64,000 nt of DNA from contig JANNVX010000033.1 of the NCBI GenBank assembly GCA_031414595.1, forward strand, positions 5,276 to 69,275, written 5' to 3'. This DNA is from Deinococcales bacterium (GTDB taxonomy: Bacteria; Deinococcota; Deinococci; Deinococcales; JAAFIG01). The notes beneath the pieces were generated by a model. That model made no database searches and had not been told where the DNA came from. It saw only the letters and a program-made list of their open reading frames with translations. This document shows, piece after piece, positions 1-9,601 of the stretch. How positions within the stretch are numbered: position 1 is the stretch's first letter; each line of letters begins with the position of its first letter. A program made the translations under genes and the position numbers.

Positions 1-1035
1 CGGTTCGGAGGCGGGTTGCAATTGGCTAAAAATTTGTTCAAATTCTTTTTTGTAATCGCTCGAAAAGAAAATATTATGATGCTCTAAACCAACCGTCTGA
101 CCCTTTACACCCAGCAGCATCACAAAACCAGAAATGCTCGGCTCGAGTTTGGTTTTTTGTGGGTCAAGGGTTTTATTGAGTAGTTCTTGGTAAAGGTGGC
201 TGGCATCGGCATTGCAAACAATTGCATCACAGTTTATAACGTCGTTGTTGTCGAGTTGCACGGCTTTGACGACTGCATTTTCGGTCTGAATTTTTGCGAC
301 GCTGGTGTTAAAACTAAATTCCACCCCAAGTTTAAGGGCTAGTTGTTCTAGGGCTTGGGCGATGGTGTACAACCCGCCGCGCACATACCACGCGCCGTAG
401 GCATACTCGGAGTACAAAACGGTGCTGAGTGTACCCGGTGCGCGGTACGGACTCGAGCCAGTATAAGTGGCATAACGCCCAACAAATTGTTGCAGGCGAG
501 TATCCTTAAAGTAACGCCTGGCTAAACCATGTAAGGTTGGAATTGGTAGCAGTGCGGTTAAATCTGTCCAAGGAAGACCATTTTTAATAAAGTCTAAGGG
601 ACTCGAGATGCTGCTTTCTAAAAAGGGCTTGCGACTGCCCCGCCACGCCCGAGCCGCATGACCAAAAAAGGCATTGAAATCCTGCCCTGAACCAGCACTG
701 AACTGCTCTAAGTTCTGCATCATGACTGGCATGTCGGCACTGGCATCAAAACCCGTGCCATCAGGGTAAAAGTAGCGGCAAACTGGCTCGAGCCGAATCA
801 GATCAAGCCAATCGGAGAGCTTTTCGCCTGCTGCTGCAAATAAATCCTCAAAAACCCAAGGCAGCGTTACTAAACTTGGACCTGTATCAAATCGGTATCC
901 AGCCTCCTCAAGCAGATTCAGTTTGCCACCCGCATTGGGTAGCCGCTCGAGAACCCGTACTTTAACCCCTTTGGCGGCAAGACGAATGGCAGCACTTAAG
1001 CCCCCAACACCTGCGCCAATCACAATCACATTCAT
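1..1035 (-). CDS. Phytoene desaturase-family (CrtI/CrtD-like) carotenoid oxidoreductase, 3' end outside window
   Basis: Not in ORF track. Manual translation from ATG 1035 gives MNVIVIGAGVGGLSAAIRLAAKG...GYRFDTGPSL (FAD-binding GxGxxG, CrtI-type N-terminus) and GRYATYTGSSPY. Frame is open to the window edge. Confidence 0.85.
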   Translation of the reverse strand, partial: MNVIVIGAGVGGLSAAIRLAAKGVKVRVLERLPNAGGKLNLLEEAGYRFDTGPSLVTLPWVFEDLFAAAGEKLSDWLDLIRLEPVCRYFYPDGTGFDASADMPVMMQNLEQFSAGSGQDFNAFFGHAARAWRGSRKPFLESSISSPLDFIKNGLPWTDLTALLPIPTLHGLARRYFKDTRLQQFVGRYATYTGSSPYRAPGTLSTVLYSEYAYGAWYVRGGLYTIAQALEQLALKLGVEFSFNTSVAKIQTENAVVKAVQLDNNDVINCDAIVCNADASHLYQELLNKTLDPQKTKLEPSISGFVMLLGVKGQTVGLEHHNIFFSSDYKKEFEQIFSQLQPASEP

Positions 1036-1223
1036 GGGTAAAGCATAACTTACTTACTTGAGGGTCATTTAGCTTCTAGCGGCTGATTTTTAGCTGCTAG
1101 TTGGTACGTTCTGAACCCATTTCTCGAGAATTTCCAGTAGCCTTTTTTACCCATGCCAAGCGTAATACCCACCTTGGTTATAGACATGGTTAAAATCGGC
1201 AGGTTCAAGGGTCATGATAAAAA

Positions 1224-1574
1224 TTAAGCTAAAACTGCTTGGATTGCCAGCAAAAATTCGTCCTCAGCAGCCCTTACGCCGTCTACCTTGAGAACCGCTT
1301 GGATTTCTTGGAGCGCTCCGAGTCGAGTATCAGGTGTGTCAAAAACAGCGCAGAGCCGAAGCGCCTGTTCAACCCGAGCAGGCGCTTTTAAGCCCCGAAG
1401 ATTGGCGTAGCTGCTGTTGATAAAGCCACTTAAGCCAATTCCACTCGTCCAAGGTAAGGACTCGAGATGGGTACTGAGGGCATCATCCTCGAGTGTGGTT
1501 GTGCCATTGTCGGTCAGGGTAGCGATGAGCAGCAGTTGTACCAGATTCTCAGATTGGGTTTGAGTCAAAGTCAT
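1224..1574 (-). CDS. Hypothetical protein, possibly TerB-like fold
   Basis: 116-aa ORF; TDNG...LE and VDGVRAAEDEFL segments resemble TerB-like acidic motifs. Confidence 0.5.
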   Translation of the reverse strand: MTLTQTQSENLVQLLLIATLTDNGTTTLEDDALSTHLESLPWTSGIGLSGFINSSYANLRGLKAPARVEQALRLCAVFDTPDTRLGALQEIQAVLKVDGVRAAEDEFLLAIQAVLA

Positions 1575-1667
1575 GCTTTATTGTACGCTGGTTTTGCCTT
1601 GCAAGTTTCTTTTGCTCCTGTTTTTTTTACGTTTGCCTGTTAGGATGCAAAGCATGAAGGTTTTACT

Positions 1668-2315
1668 ATGATTCGTTTACTTGAAATTATGCGCCGTTTA
1701 CGCGCCCCTGATGGTTGCCCGTGGGATATTGAACAAACCCACCAGTCACTGCGCCCGTATTTACTCGAGGAAGCTGCTGAGGCAGTTGATGCGGTCTCGA
1801 GTCCAGACCCTTTAGAACTGGCTGCCGAACTTGGTGATGTGTTGCTTCAGGTGGCGTTTCATAGTGTGATTGCCGAGGAAGAAAAAACTTTTTCCTATGA
1901 AACGGTGGAAAATGCGATTGTTGAAAAACTGATTCGTCGTCATCCGCATGTCTTTGGCGATGTGGCTGTCTCTGGTGCAGCACAAGTGGTGCAGAATTGG
2001 AATGAAATTAAGGCAGCTGAACGAATCGGTAAACCCGAACTTCATCCAGCCCAACGGGTTCCCAAGGCACTTGGCGCACTGGCACGAACCCATGAAATCC
2101 ATAAGGCACTCGAAGTCGGACAAGGCTCGAGACGGGCGGTGATTGCTGCCCTAGAAAACGGGGACGATGATGCCAGCAGTGTGGCGGCGGTACTCGAGGC
2201 AGTCGTGGCTTGGGCGCGGTCTACAGGGGTGAATTCCGAAGTGATTCTGCGTGAGCGTTTAGAAGCCCAAGTTCAACATGCCGTGGCTCAGTCCTTAAAA
2301 CAAACCAATGCTTGA
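1668..2315 (+). CDS. mazG: MazG-family nucleoside triphosphate pyrophosphohydrolase
   Basis: LRAPDGCPWD, EEAAE, ELGDVLLQV, KLIRRHPHVFG motifs. Confidence 0.92.
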   Translation: MIRLLEIMRRLRAPDGCPWDIEQTHQSLRPYLLEEAAEAVDAVSSPDPLELAAELGDVLLQVAFHSVIAEEEKTFSYETVENAIVEKLIRRHPHVFGDVAVSGAAQVVQNWNEIKAAERIGKPELHPAQRVPKALGALARTHEIHKALEVGQGSRRAVIAALENGDDDASSVAAVLEAVVAWARSTGVNSEVILRERLEAQVQHAVAQSLKQTNA

Positions 2316-2329
2316 TTTATTGGTAATCC

Positions 2330-2902
2330 ATGCTTGACTTGACTGTTCTCGAGAATAAATTATTGAATCATCCTCGGCGAATTCTCGAGATTCCAGGTTT
2401 TCGCCGTGCGGCGGTGCTGGTGGCAGTGTTGCTTGAACCCGAACCCAGTTTAATTTTAACCAAGCGCACCACCAACCTCAGTACCCATTCTGGACAAATT
2501 GCCTTTGCAGGAGGTAGTTTGGATGTAGCCGAAACCCCGACCCAAGCTGCCCTGCGCGAAGCCGATGAAGAAATTGGTCTCGAGCCAAAGCATGTGCGGG
2601 TACTGGGTTTAATGAGTGATGTCTGGACTCCAGTCGGTTTTCATGTCACTCCAGTGGTTGGGTTGGTCTCGAGTTTAGCGGTTTTGCAACCCAATCCTGC
2701 CGAGGTTGCCAAGTTGCTTTTTGTTCCTTTAGCCGATTTAGGCTTAATCAAACCCACCTTTGAGCAAAAAATCTTACCCGCTTCGGCTCGAGTACCCACC
2801 TTTGAAAGCCGTGAACGGGCGATACCGCATTATCTTTGGCAAGGCATAGACATTTGGGGAATGACGGCTTTTGTGATTCAAGAATTTTTAGAATTGGTGT
2901 AA
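2330..2902 (+). CDS. Nudix CoA pyrophosphatase (NudL-like)
   Basis: LTKR...HSGQIAFAGG, ALREADEEIGL Nudix box, IWGMTA. Confidence 0.9.
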   Translation: MLDLTVLENKLLNHPRRILEIPGFRRAAVLVAVLLEPEPSLILTKRTTNLSTHSGQIAFAGGSLDVAETPTQAALREADEEIGLEPKHVRVLGLMSDVWTPVGFHVTPVVGLVSSLAVLQPNPAEVAKLLFVPLADLGLIKPTFEQKILPASARVPTFESRERAIPHYLWQGIDIWGMTAFVIQEFLELV

Positions 2903-2943
2903 TTGTTGTTTTTTCCCACCTGTCAATTTGTTACAGTGCGTTC

Positions 2944-4419
2944 ATGAACCCCCAGCCGAAAGTCATTACCTTAGAGCATGTCTCTTTGGATTTTAACGGG
3001 CGGCGTGTCCTCGAGAATGTCTCTTTATCGGTGGCAGAAGGCGAATTTATTGCTGTGCTTGGCTCGAGTGGTGGCGGTAAAAGTACCTTGTTGCGTTTAA
3101 TTGCAGGTTTACTAAAAGGTACAGGTAAACTCGAGGTCACAGCCGCCACAGCCATGGTCTTTCAGGATTATCGTTTGCTGCCGTGGCGGACGGTGCGTCA
3201 GAATGTCTTGTTGCCGTCCGAACTTGGAGGGGCGGGCATGACCCCCGAAGAAGCCCTGACCTTGGTCGGAATGAGCAGTTTTGCTGCCCTCTATCCGCAT
3301 CAGTTGTCTGGCGGAATGCGGGCGCGGGTGGCGATAGCTCGGGCTTTAGCCCAAGATGCACCGATTTTATTGATGGATGAACCTTTTGCGGCGCTTGATG
3401 CCTTGGTGCGTGAGCGTTTTAATTTAGAACTTAAAAAAATCCATGAAAAAACAGGTAAAACCATTTTATTTGTGACCCACAGCATCCGCGAAGCCGTCTA
3501 CTTGGCGGATCGGGTGGTGGTGATTAAAAACGGACGGATAGAACTGATTCTGACGACCAAAGGGCAAGGCAGAATCACAGCTTTTACCGAACCGCTCGAG
3601 GCACAATTGCGTGGTTTACTCGGGGTGGCAGATTCTACCCACATCGAAGTGCCAATCCCAGCCTTACGTTTCCCGTGGGAGATTCTGGGTGTGTTGGGCA
3701 TGATTGTGTTACTTTTACTGACTTGGAATTTCTTTGTGCCAGTCCCAACTCCGTTTACGCCAACACCAGGCTTGGTCTGGCGCACCATCTTTGAAAAGTC
3801 CGATGTGCTGCTGCCCGCCGCCCTCGAGACCTTAAGAATTACGGGCTTAGGCTTGTTGTGGTCGCTGGTTATTGGTATTGGCGCGGGTTACACCATGGGC
3901 AAACTGCGTATTCTCGAGCGGATATTCTCGCCGTTTATTGTGGCGCTGCAAGCCATTCCCGTGATTATCATTGCGCCGATTCTAGTAACCCTGATTGGTT
4001 TTACCGATGCTTCAAGGGTCTTAATTGCTACCCTAATCAGTTTATTTCCAATTCTAACCGCCACGATGGTGGGGGTGCGAGAAGTTGACCTTGTGTTCCG
4101 CGAGGTCTTCCAAACGATGCGTTCAAGTTTCTGGGGAGTTTTAAGTAAACTCGAATTCCCCGGGGCGCTGCCTGTGATGCTTGGCGGTCTTCGCAACACG
4201 GTTAGCCTTGCCTTAATCGGCACAGTTGTAGCTGAATTTACCTTCCCTAGCAGCAGTTCTGGACAAAATGGCTTAGGCGCTCTTGCCCAAAGCGCTCGGG
4301 TTTCTTTTAACAACGAATTTTCTTATGCGGCGGTTTTTATGCTTGTTTTTATTGGTTGTTTTTTGTATTTGCTGGTTTTTCTGCTCGAGACATGGGTGCT
4401 AAGCTACCGAAAAAAATAA
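2944..4419 (+). CDS. Fused ABC ATPase + permease (NitT/TauT family), probable riboflavin importer
   Basis: Walker A GSSGGGKST, LSGGM, DEPF, then a 6-TM TauC-like permease. Start moved to ATG 2944, preceded by TACAGT-N6. Confidence 0.85.
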   Translation: MNPQPKVITLEHVSLDFNGRRVLENVSLSVAEGEFIAVLGSSGGGKSTLLRLIAGLLKGTGKLEVTAATAMVFQDYRLLPWRTVRQNVLLPSELGGAGMTPEEALTLVGMSSFAALYPHQLSGGMRARVAIARALAQDAPILLMDEPFAALDALVRERFNLELKKIHEKTGKTILFVTHSIREAVYLADRVVVIKNGRIELILTTKGQGRITAFTEPLEAQLRGLLGVADSTHIEVPIPALRFPWEILGVLGMIVLLLLTWNFFVPVPTPFTPTPGLVWRTIFEKSDVLLPAALETLRITGLGLLWSLVIGIGAGYTMGKLRILERIFSPFIVALQAIPVIIIAPILVTLIGFTDASRVLIATLISLFPILTATMVGVREVDLVFREVFQTMRSSFWGVLSKLEFPGALPVMLGGLRNTVSLALIGTVVAEFTFPSSSSGQNGLGALAQSARVSFNNEFSYAAVFMLVFIGCFLYLLVFLLETWVLSYRKK

Positions 4420-4496
4420 AACTGTTGAGGCGTTCCTCATGAAGTCACAGTTTGTTTCTCACCGTTAAAAAGTTAAACTCTTTTCCGAGCTTAGGC

Positions 4497-4660
4497 TCAA
4501 CCTTTCAGGGCGAGGTGCAATTCCTCACCGGCGGTGAAGACGCTGTTTATTGGCGTATTAGTCCGCGAGCTTCGAGAAATTTTTAACTCGAGGTTGAGGC
4601 AGTAAAAGCTGCCACCGACAGTATTTGCTTTTAGCATCAGTCTGGATGAAAGAAGGGGTA
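4497..4660 (+). ncRNA. FMN (RFN) riboswitch
   Basis: CTTTCAGGGCGAGGTGCAATTCCTCACCGGCGGT...AGTCCGCGAGC...CCGACAGT...AGTCTGGATGAAAGAAGG. The 3' P1 strand overlaps the SD of ATG 4664. Confidence 0.92.
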
Positions 4661-4663
4661 AAT

Positions 4664-5683
4664 ATGAAGTATAAATTTGGCTTTTTGGCTGCGGTTTCCT
4701 CATGTGCGTTGCTGGTTGGTTTAGCTAACGTTTCGAGCGCCCAAACGAACTTAACGACTGTTCGCTTGGGTTTAGGTTACATTCCCGATGTGCAATTTGC
4801 GCCGTTTTATGCGGCTCAAGAAGCTGGCTATTACAAAGCCAAGGGCTTGAACGTGACTTTTCAACATGGCTTTACTTCCGAACTCTATCCGCTTCTGGCT
4901 TCTGGCAAGCTCGATTTTGTGGTTGGTGATGCTGAGGATGTAATTTTATTGCGAACCAAAGACCCCAAAGCCACACCGTTTAAGTACCTGATGGCGCTCT
5001 ACCAAGTCACACCCAATGCACTGTTTAGTAAGCGCGAAAAGAACATCACCAAATTAGCTGACTTAAAGGGTAAATCAATTGGTATTCCCGGTAAATTTGG
5101 TAGCTCATGGACAAGCCTGCAAGCACTTTTAGCCGGAGCAAACCTCAAAGAAACCGATGTCAAAATTGTTGAAGTCGGCTTCACCCAACTCGAGGCGCTA
5201 ACCGCTAACCGCGTAGATGCGGTCATGGGCTTTGTCAATAACGAAGCCGTGATTGCCGAAGCAAGGGGTTTGAAACTGAACATTTTCTCGGCAGCCGTGG
5301 TCAATAAAAGCCCAAGTAACGGTGTAATTGCTGTAGACGACACCCTAAAAAACGAAGCCTTGGTCAAAGGTTTTCTCGAGGCTTCACAGCGCGGGGTTAA
5401 ATTAACCATTGATAACACCAAGCAAGCCTTTGACTACGCCAAGAAATTTGTACCGAACATGAGCGGAGACCGCCTTAAAATTCTCGAGAAAAGCGTTAAG
5501 CTCTACCAAAGTAATTTTAGCAAAGCCGATTCGCAAGGCATTGGTTTTTCTAACCCCAACAACTGGGAATACGCCTTGGCGCTCTTAAAAAGCCTAGGGC
5601 GAATTGACAAAGATGCCAAACTCAAACGCAGCGAGTTTTACACCAATAAGTACCTGACTTCTGGAATCCAAGCAGCTAAGTAA
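4664..5683 (+). CDS. NMT1/THI5-like ABC substrate-binding protein, probable riboflavin-binding RibY
   Basis: Signal peptide, LGYIPDVQFAPFY motif, directly downstream of the FMN riboswitch. Confidence 0.85.
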   Translation: MKYKFGFLAAVSSCALLVGLANVSSAQTNLTTVRLGLGYIPDVQFAPFYAAQEAGYYKAKGLNVTFQHGFTSELYPLLASGKLDFVVGDAEDVILLRTKDPKATPFKYLMALYQVTPNALFSKREKNITKLADLKGKSIGIPGKFGSSWTSLQALLAGANLKETDVKIVEVGFTQLEALTANRVDAVMGFVNNEAVIAEARGLKLNIFSAAVVNKSPSNGVIAVDDTLKNEALVKGFLEASQRGVKLTIDNTKQAFDYAKKFVPNMSGDRLKILEKSVKLYQSNFSKADSQGIGFSNPNNWEYALALLKSLGRIDKDAKLKRSEFYTNKYLTSGIQAAK

Positions 5684-5694
5684 AGACCGAGAAA

Positions 5695-5727
5695 AGAGGA
5701 AGGAGGAAGTTTATTTCTCCTTCCTCT
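5695..5727. terminator. Hairpin terminator between convergent genes
   Basis: AGAGGAAGGAG...CTCCTTCCTCT inverted repeat. Confidence 0.7.
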
Positions 5728-6202
5728 AGGCTTTTATCTCGAGGACTTTGTATTTCAGTTGCCCTTTTGCACCTTCGACCATAAAGACTTCGTTTTTCTT
5801 GCGTCCAAAGAGTTTCTGCCCTAATGGGCTATCATCCGAAACTTTGCGGATTGAACCGCCGGGGACACTGGCTTCTGCGCCAGAAACCAGTTGAACTTCG
5901 AGTTCTTTGCCACTTTTTTCTTCTTTGAGTTTAATGATTGTGCCAAAACCAATCGCTTTGCCACCCTCTGCGCCCTCGAGAACCACGGCTCTGGTGAGGG
6001 TGTCCTCGAGTTCGTCTATGCGGGTTTCGATGTTCATTTTTTCGCGTTTGGCTTCTTCTAAGCCCGAGCCGTCGTAATCGTCCGAATCTTCCATCTGTTC
6101 TTGTAAAATCGCAGTGGCTTCGATGAGGCGTTGACGCTCGAGGTCGAGTTGTTTTTGCAGGCGTTCAAAGCCTTCTTTGGTTAATTTAATTTCGCGTGAC
6201 AT
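5726..6202 (-). CDS. gfh1: Gre-factor homologue Gfh1 (transcription inhibitor)
   Basis: MSREIKLTKEGFERL...EDSDDYDGSGLEEAK acidic tip matches Thermus Gfh1 rather than the GreA GDLxENxEY motif. Confidence 0.85.
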   Translation of the reverse strand: MSREIKLTKEGFERLQKQLDLERQRLIEATAILQEQMEDSDDYDGSGLEEAKREKMNIETRIDELEDTLTRAVVLEGAEGGKAIGFGTIIKLKEEKSGKELEVQLVSGAEASVPGGSIRKVSDDSPLGQKLFGRKKNEVFMVEGAKGQLKYKVLEIKA

Positions 6203-6375
6203 TGGTCTCCTAAATTTAGTAGTTCATCCTCTTGTCAGATGATGTTTATTTGTGTACACTCTTTCGGCTGCCTCGACATTTATTGTCGTAAGGTAAAGCT
6301 GTAGTGAACGCGCCGTGATTATAGCACCTTCAAATGGTCAATCGCTGTGCGCTCCGCCTACGCATAAGGGGTATT

Positions 6376-6768
6376 ATGAAGATCAACCGTGGAGCAATCC
6401 TCAAAAGCGTCGAACAAGCACATTTGCGTTCTGACATTCCCGATTTCCAACCCGGAGATACCATTCGTGTGGATTACAAAGTCACCGAAGGGACTCGGAC
6501 TCGCGTTCAAGGTTTTGAAGGTGTTTGCATTGCGATTAACGGCAAAAGCACAGGCAAGAGCTTCACTGTTCGTAAAGTTGCTTTCAACGAAGGTGTAGAA
6601 CGTATTTTTCCGTTTAACACCCCGTTAATTGATAAAATTAGTGTGATTGAACGCGGCAAGGTTCGCCGCGCTAAGTTGTACTACTTGCGTAAATTGCGCG
6701 GTAAAGCCAGCAAGATTAAAGCTGACCGTGGTCGGATGCAAAAAGCCAGCGACGCAGCCAAGGCATAA
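6376..6768 (+). CDS. rplS: 50S ribosomal protein L19
   Basis: [32 protein letters not shown]; start at ATG 6376 after AAGGGG. Confidence 0.97.
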   Translation: MKINRGAILKSVEQAHLRSDIPDFQPGDTIRVDYKVTEGTRTRVQGFEGVCIAINGKSTGKSFTVRKVAFNEGVERIFPFNTPLIDKISVIERGKVRRAKLYYLRKLRGKASKIKADRGRMQKASDAAKA

Positions 6769-6780
6769 TTTTTTTAGGGC

Positions 6781-6809
6781 GAAGGGACTTGTTTGTAGCA
6801 AGTCCCTTC
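6781..6809 (+). terminator. Hairpin after rplS
   Basis: GAAGGGACTT...AAGTCCCTTC followed by ATTTATT. Confidence 0.65.
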
Positions 6810-6818
6810 ATTTATTCT

Positions 6819-7235
6819 ATGGACATCAAACAGCTTTTAGAACAGCAACTCGAGCGTGAACATCAACGCCATGCAAGCCCAACTCGAGCCAGCGAAGGGC
6901 TGTACGCGCTTTGTATGGACAATCAGTTCGCACCTAAAATGGTATTGCGTGAACTCGAGACGATCAGTATTTACCCAGAAACGATTGCGGCAACCCAAAG
7001 ACTTTTTTTGGAAAACGAAAATCTTGAAGTCCTGACCAGAGAACGCTTACTAGCAAGGCGCAGTTTCCCTCGAGCCGATGCGCTCAGCCTTGCTCGAGCT
7101 TTGGATACCGAGGGCTTACGGCGCGTAACAGGCAAGGATTTACAACTTGGACTGCGGGCAGCTTCGGTCTTAGAAGCCAAACCGATGATTGAAGCCTGGA
7201 ATGCTTTATCGGTCTATGAGCAGACTCGAGGCTAA
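6819..7235 (+). CDS. Hypothetical protein
   Basis: Open frame with host-like composition; likely start ATG 6819. Confidence 0.55.
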   Translation: MDIKQLLEQQLEREHQRHASPTRASEGLYALCMDNQFAPKMVLRELETISIYPETIAATQRLFLENENLEVLTRERLLARRSFPRADALSLARALDTEGLRRVTGKDLQLGLRAASVLEAKPMIEAWNALSVYEQTRG

Positions 7236-7239
7236 GTTT

Positions 7240-7656
7240 TTAAGAACTTGGGTCAGACATGGTGATGATTGTGCCTAAAGCAGTGGCACAACATTTCTCT
7301 GTGTCTGCAATAATTGCAAAGACATCACAGCGCACCACAGCTTGACGCTTGCCCGAGTACAATACTGTAGCTCGAGCTTGTAGATATTCGCCTTTGGCAG
7401 GGCGCAAATAATTAATTTTGTATTCACTGGTAAGGACACTTGCACCAAGCACACTGCCACCTGCAAAAGTCAAGGCGTTATCTACCAAATAAGAAATAAC
7501 GCCGCCGTGTGCAAAGCCATTTTGTTGCGACATATCGGCTCGCAACACTAACTCGAGGGTGATGCCTTGTGCCGAAATGCTGTGAATGGTTGTGCCAAGT
7601 AAACGGCTAAATGGTTGAGCATCAAGCACCGTTTGGGCAAGGGTAAGCATATCCAT
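7240..7656 (-). CDS. PaaI-family thioesterase
   Basis: QQNGFAHGGVISYLVDN hotdog motif. Confidence 0.9.
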   Translation of the reverse strand: MDMLTLAQTVLDAQPFSRLLGTTIHSISAQGITLELVLRADMSQQNGFAHGGVISYLVDNALTFAGGSVLGASVLTSEYKINYLRPAKGEYLQARATVLYSGKRQAVVRCDVFAIIADTEKCCATALGTIITMSDPSS

Positions 7657-7786
7657 AAACTCAGATTACAGCTTAAAGTTATTGTAGACAAGAAAAACAA
7701 ATTTTGTTAGACTAAGTACAAGAATTTTAGTTTTCCCTCGAGTTTCACGGCTTTTGCGTCATGCTGCTCGAGTACAGGAGGTACTT

Positions 7787-9568
7787 ATGATTGCTGAACG
7801 CCCCGAAGCCATAAAAACAGTCAAACCCGGTGGTACGTTTTTACTTGAAGCCGCCACACCATCTGATGTTTACACCCCCGAAGATTTCACCCCAGACATG
7901 CGCGAGATGTTTCGTGCCGTTGAAGAATTTGTCAAGGCTCGAGTTGTGGCAAACCAAGAAAGTTTGGAGCATCACAACAACGAACTCCTCAAAAAAATAC
8001 TGCATGAGTGCGGCGAACAAGGTTTTTTCTTGGTCGAAGTCCCAGAAGAATTTGGTGGCTTAGACTTAAGTAAAGCAATGGCTTGTTATGTAGGCGAAGC
8101 GCTCTCGAGGGGCGGCGGGTTTGCGGTTTCGTTTGGCGCTCATGCCAGCATTGGGATGCTGCCTTTGGTTTATTTTGGTAGCCAAGAAACCAAAGAAAAA
8201 TACTTGCCAGACATGGCAAATGGCAAGTTGATTGGGGCGTACTGCTTGTCTGAACCCGGTAGCGGCTCAGATGCCCAAGCTGCCAAAGCCAAAGCGGTGC
8301 TGTCCGAAGATGGCAGCCATTATGTGCTGAATGGTACAAAAATGTGGATTTCCAACGGTGGTATCGCCGATATGTTCACAGTGTTTGCCCATGTGCCAAC
8401 GCCCGATGGCAATAAATTTAGTGCTTTCTTGGTCGAACGGGCTTTTGAAGGTGTAAGCATAGGCAAAGAAGAAGAAAAACTTGGTATCAGGTTGTCCAGC
8501 ACCACCCAACTGATTCTCGAGGATGTCAAAGTTCCCGTGGCGAATTTACTTGGTGAGGTTGGTTGGGGCGCAAAAATTGCCTTTAATATCCTCAACATCG
8601 GGCGCTACAAACTTGGTTCGGGCGGGGCGGGTGGCAGTAAAGTGATTCTTGAACACAGTGCCAAGTACGCCAAAGAACGCCATAGTTTTGGTAAGCCGAT
8701 TGCCAGTTACGGCGCTATTCTCGAGAAATTAGGGCAGATGGCAACCAGTATTTTTGCCGCCGAAACCATTACCTACCGCGTAACAGGGGCAATTGATGCG
8801 GCGGTGGAAAAAGGCATGGATAAGTTAAAAGCCATCGAAACCCACCGTGTCGAAGCCAGTATGGTTAAGGTTTTTGCCACCGAGGTACTGTCCATGTGTG
8901 CCGATGAGGGCTTGCAAGTCTTTGGTGGTTTTGGTTACTCCGAAGAATATCCAATGGCAAGGGCGTACCGTGATTCCCGTATCAACCGTATTTTTGAAGG
9001 CACAAACGAAATTAACCGAATGCTGATTCCGGGCGAACTCTTAAAAATGGCGCTCAAGGGCGAATTGCCACTGCTCAAAGCGGCACAAAAACTCCAAGCT
9101 GAACTGCTCGAGCCTAGTTTTGAGATGGACGAATCGGATGCCCCGTTAGCTGTTGAGACCAAAGTCGTGGCAAACCTCAAAAAAGCAGCCTTGGCTGTGG
9201 CGGGAAGTGCGGCGCAGAAATTTGGTCCTAAGCTCGGCGAAGAGCAAGAAACGATGATGCGAACTGCTGATATGATTATCCAAGCCTATGTTGCCGAAAG
9301 TGCTGTGGTGCGGGCGCAAAAAATTATCTCAAGCGGCAAAAATGCCAGTCTTGCAACCGCAATGGCACAAATTCTGGTGGCGCAAGCCGCCGATAAAATC
9401 ATGAGCGCTGGACGTGAAGCGATCTCGAGTTTTTTGGAGGGCGATGATTTCCGCATGACTTTGGCAGCCTTAAAACGCTTTACCAAAACAGATTCAGTCA
9501 ACATCATTAAGTTGCGTCGTGAAGTAGCCGCCGCCGTTCTCGAGGCAGACGGCTATCCGTTAAAATAA
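7787..9568 (+). CDS. Acyl-CoA dehydrogenase (long form with C-terminal extension)
   Basis: YCLSEPGSGSDA, NGTKMWISNG, GGFGYSEEYP, RIFEGTNEINR; GGAGG SD before ATG 7787. Confidence 0.93.
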   Translation: MIAERPEAIKTVKPGGTFLLEAATPSDVYTPEDFTPDMREMFRAVEEFVKARVVANQESLEHHNNELLKKILHECGEQGFFLVEVPEEFGGLDLSKAMACYVGEALSRGGGFAVSFGAHASIGMLPLVYFGSQETKEKYLPDMANGKLIGAYCLSEPGSGSDAQAAKAKAVLSEDGSHYVLNGTKMWISNGGIADMFTVFAHVPTPDGNKFSAFLVERAFEGVSIGKEEEKLGIRLSSTTQLILEDVKVPVANLLGEVGWGAKIAFNILNIGRYKLGSGGAGGSKVILEHSAKYAKERHSFGKPIASYGAILEKLGQMATSIFAAETITYRVTGAIDAAVEKGMDKLKAIETHRVEASMVKVFATEVLSMCADEGLQVFGGFGYSEEYPMARAYRDSRINRIFEGTNEINRMLIPGELLKMALKGELPLLKAAQKLQAELLEPSFEMDESDAPLAVETKVVANLKKAALAVAGSAAQKFGPKLGEEQETMMRTADMIIQAYVAESAVVRAQKIISSGKNASLATAMAQILVAQAADKIMSAGREAISSFLEGDDFRMTLAALKRFTKTDSVNIIKLRREVAAAVLEADGYPLK

Positions 9569-9601
9569 TGACCACAGGCTAAACCCGTTAGAATATGCTT
9601 T

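Noticed and set aside
1040-1220. Short ORFs between the crtI-like gene and the TerB-like gene
   Set aside because: Under 30 aa, no clear SD or motif; cannot be supported
5726-6202. Canonical greA call
   Set aside because: Lacks the GDLxENxEY tip; matches Gfh1 instead
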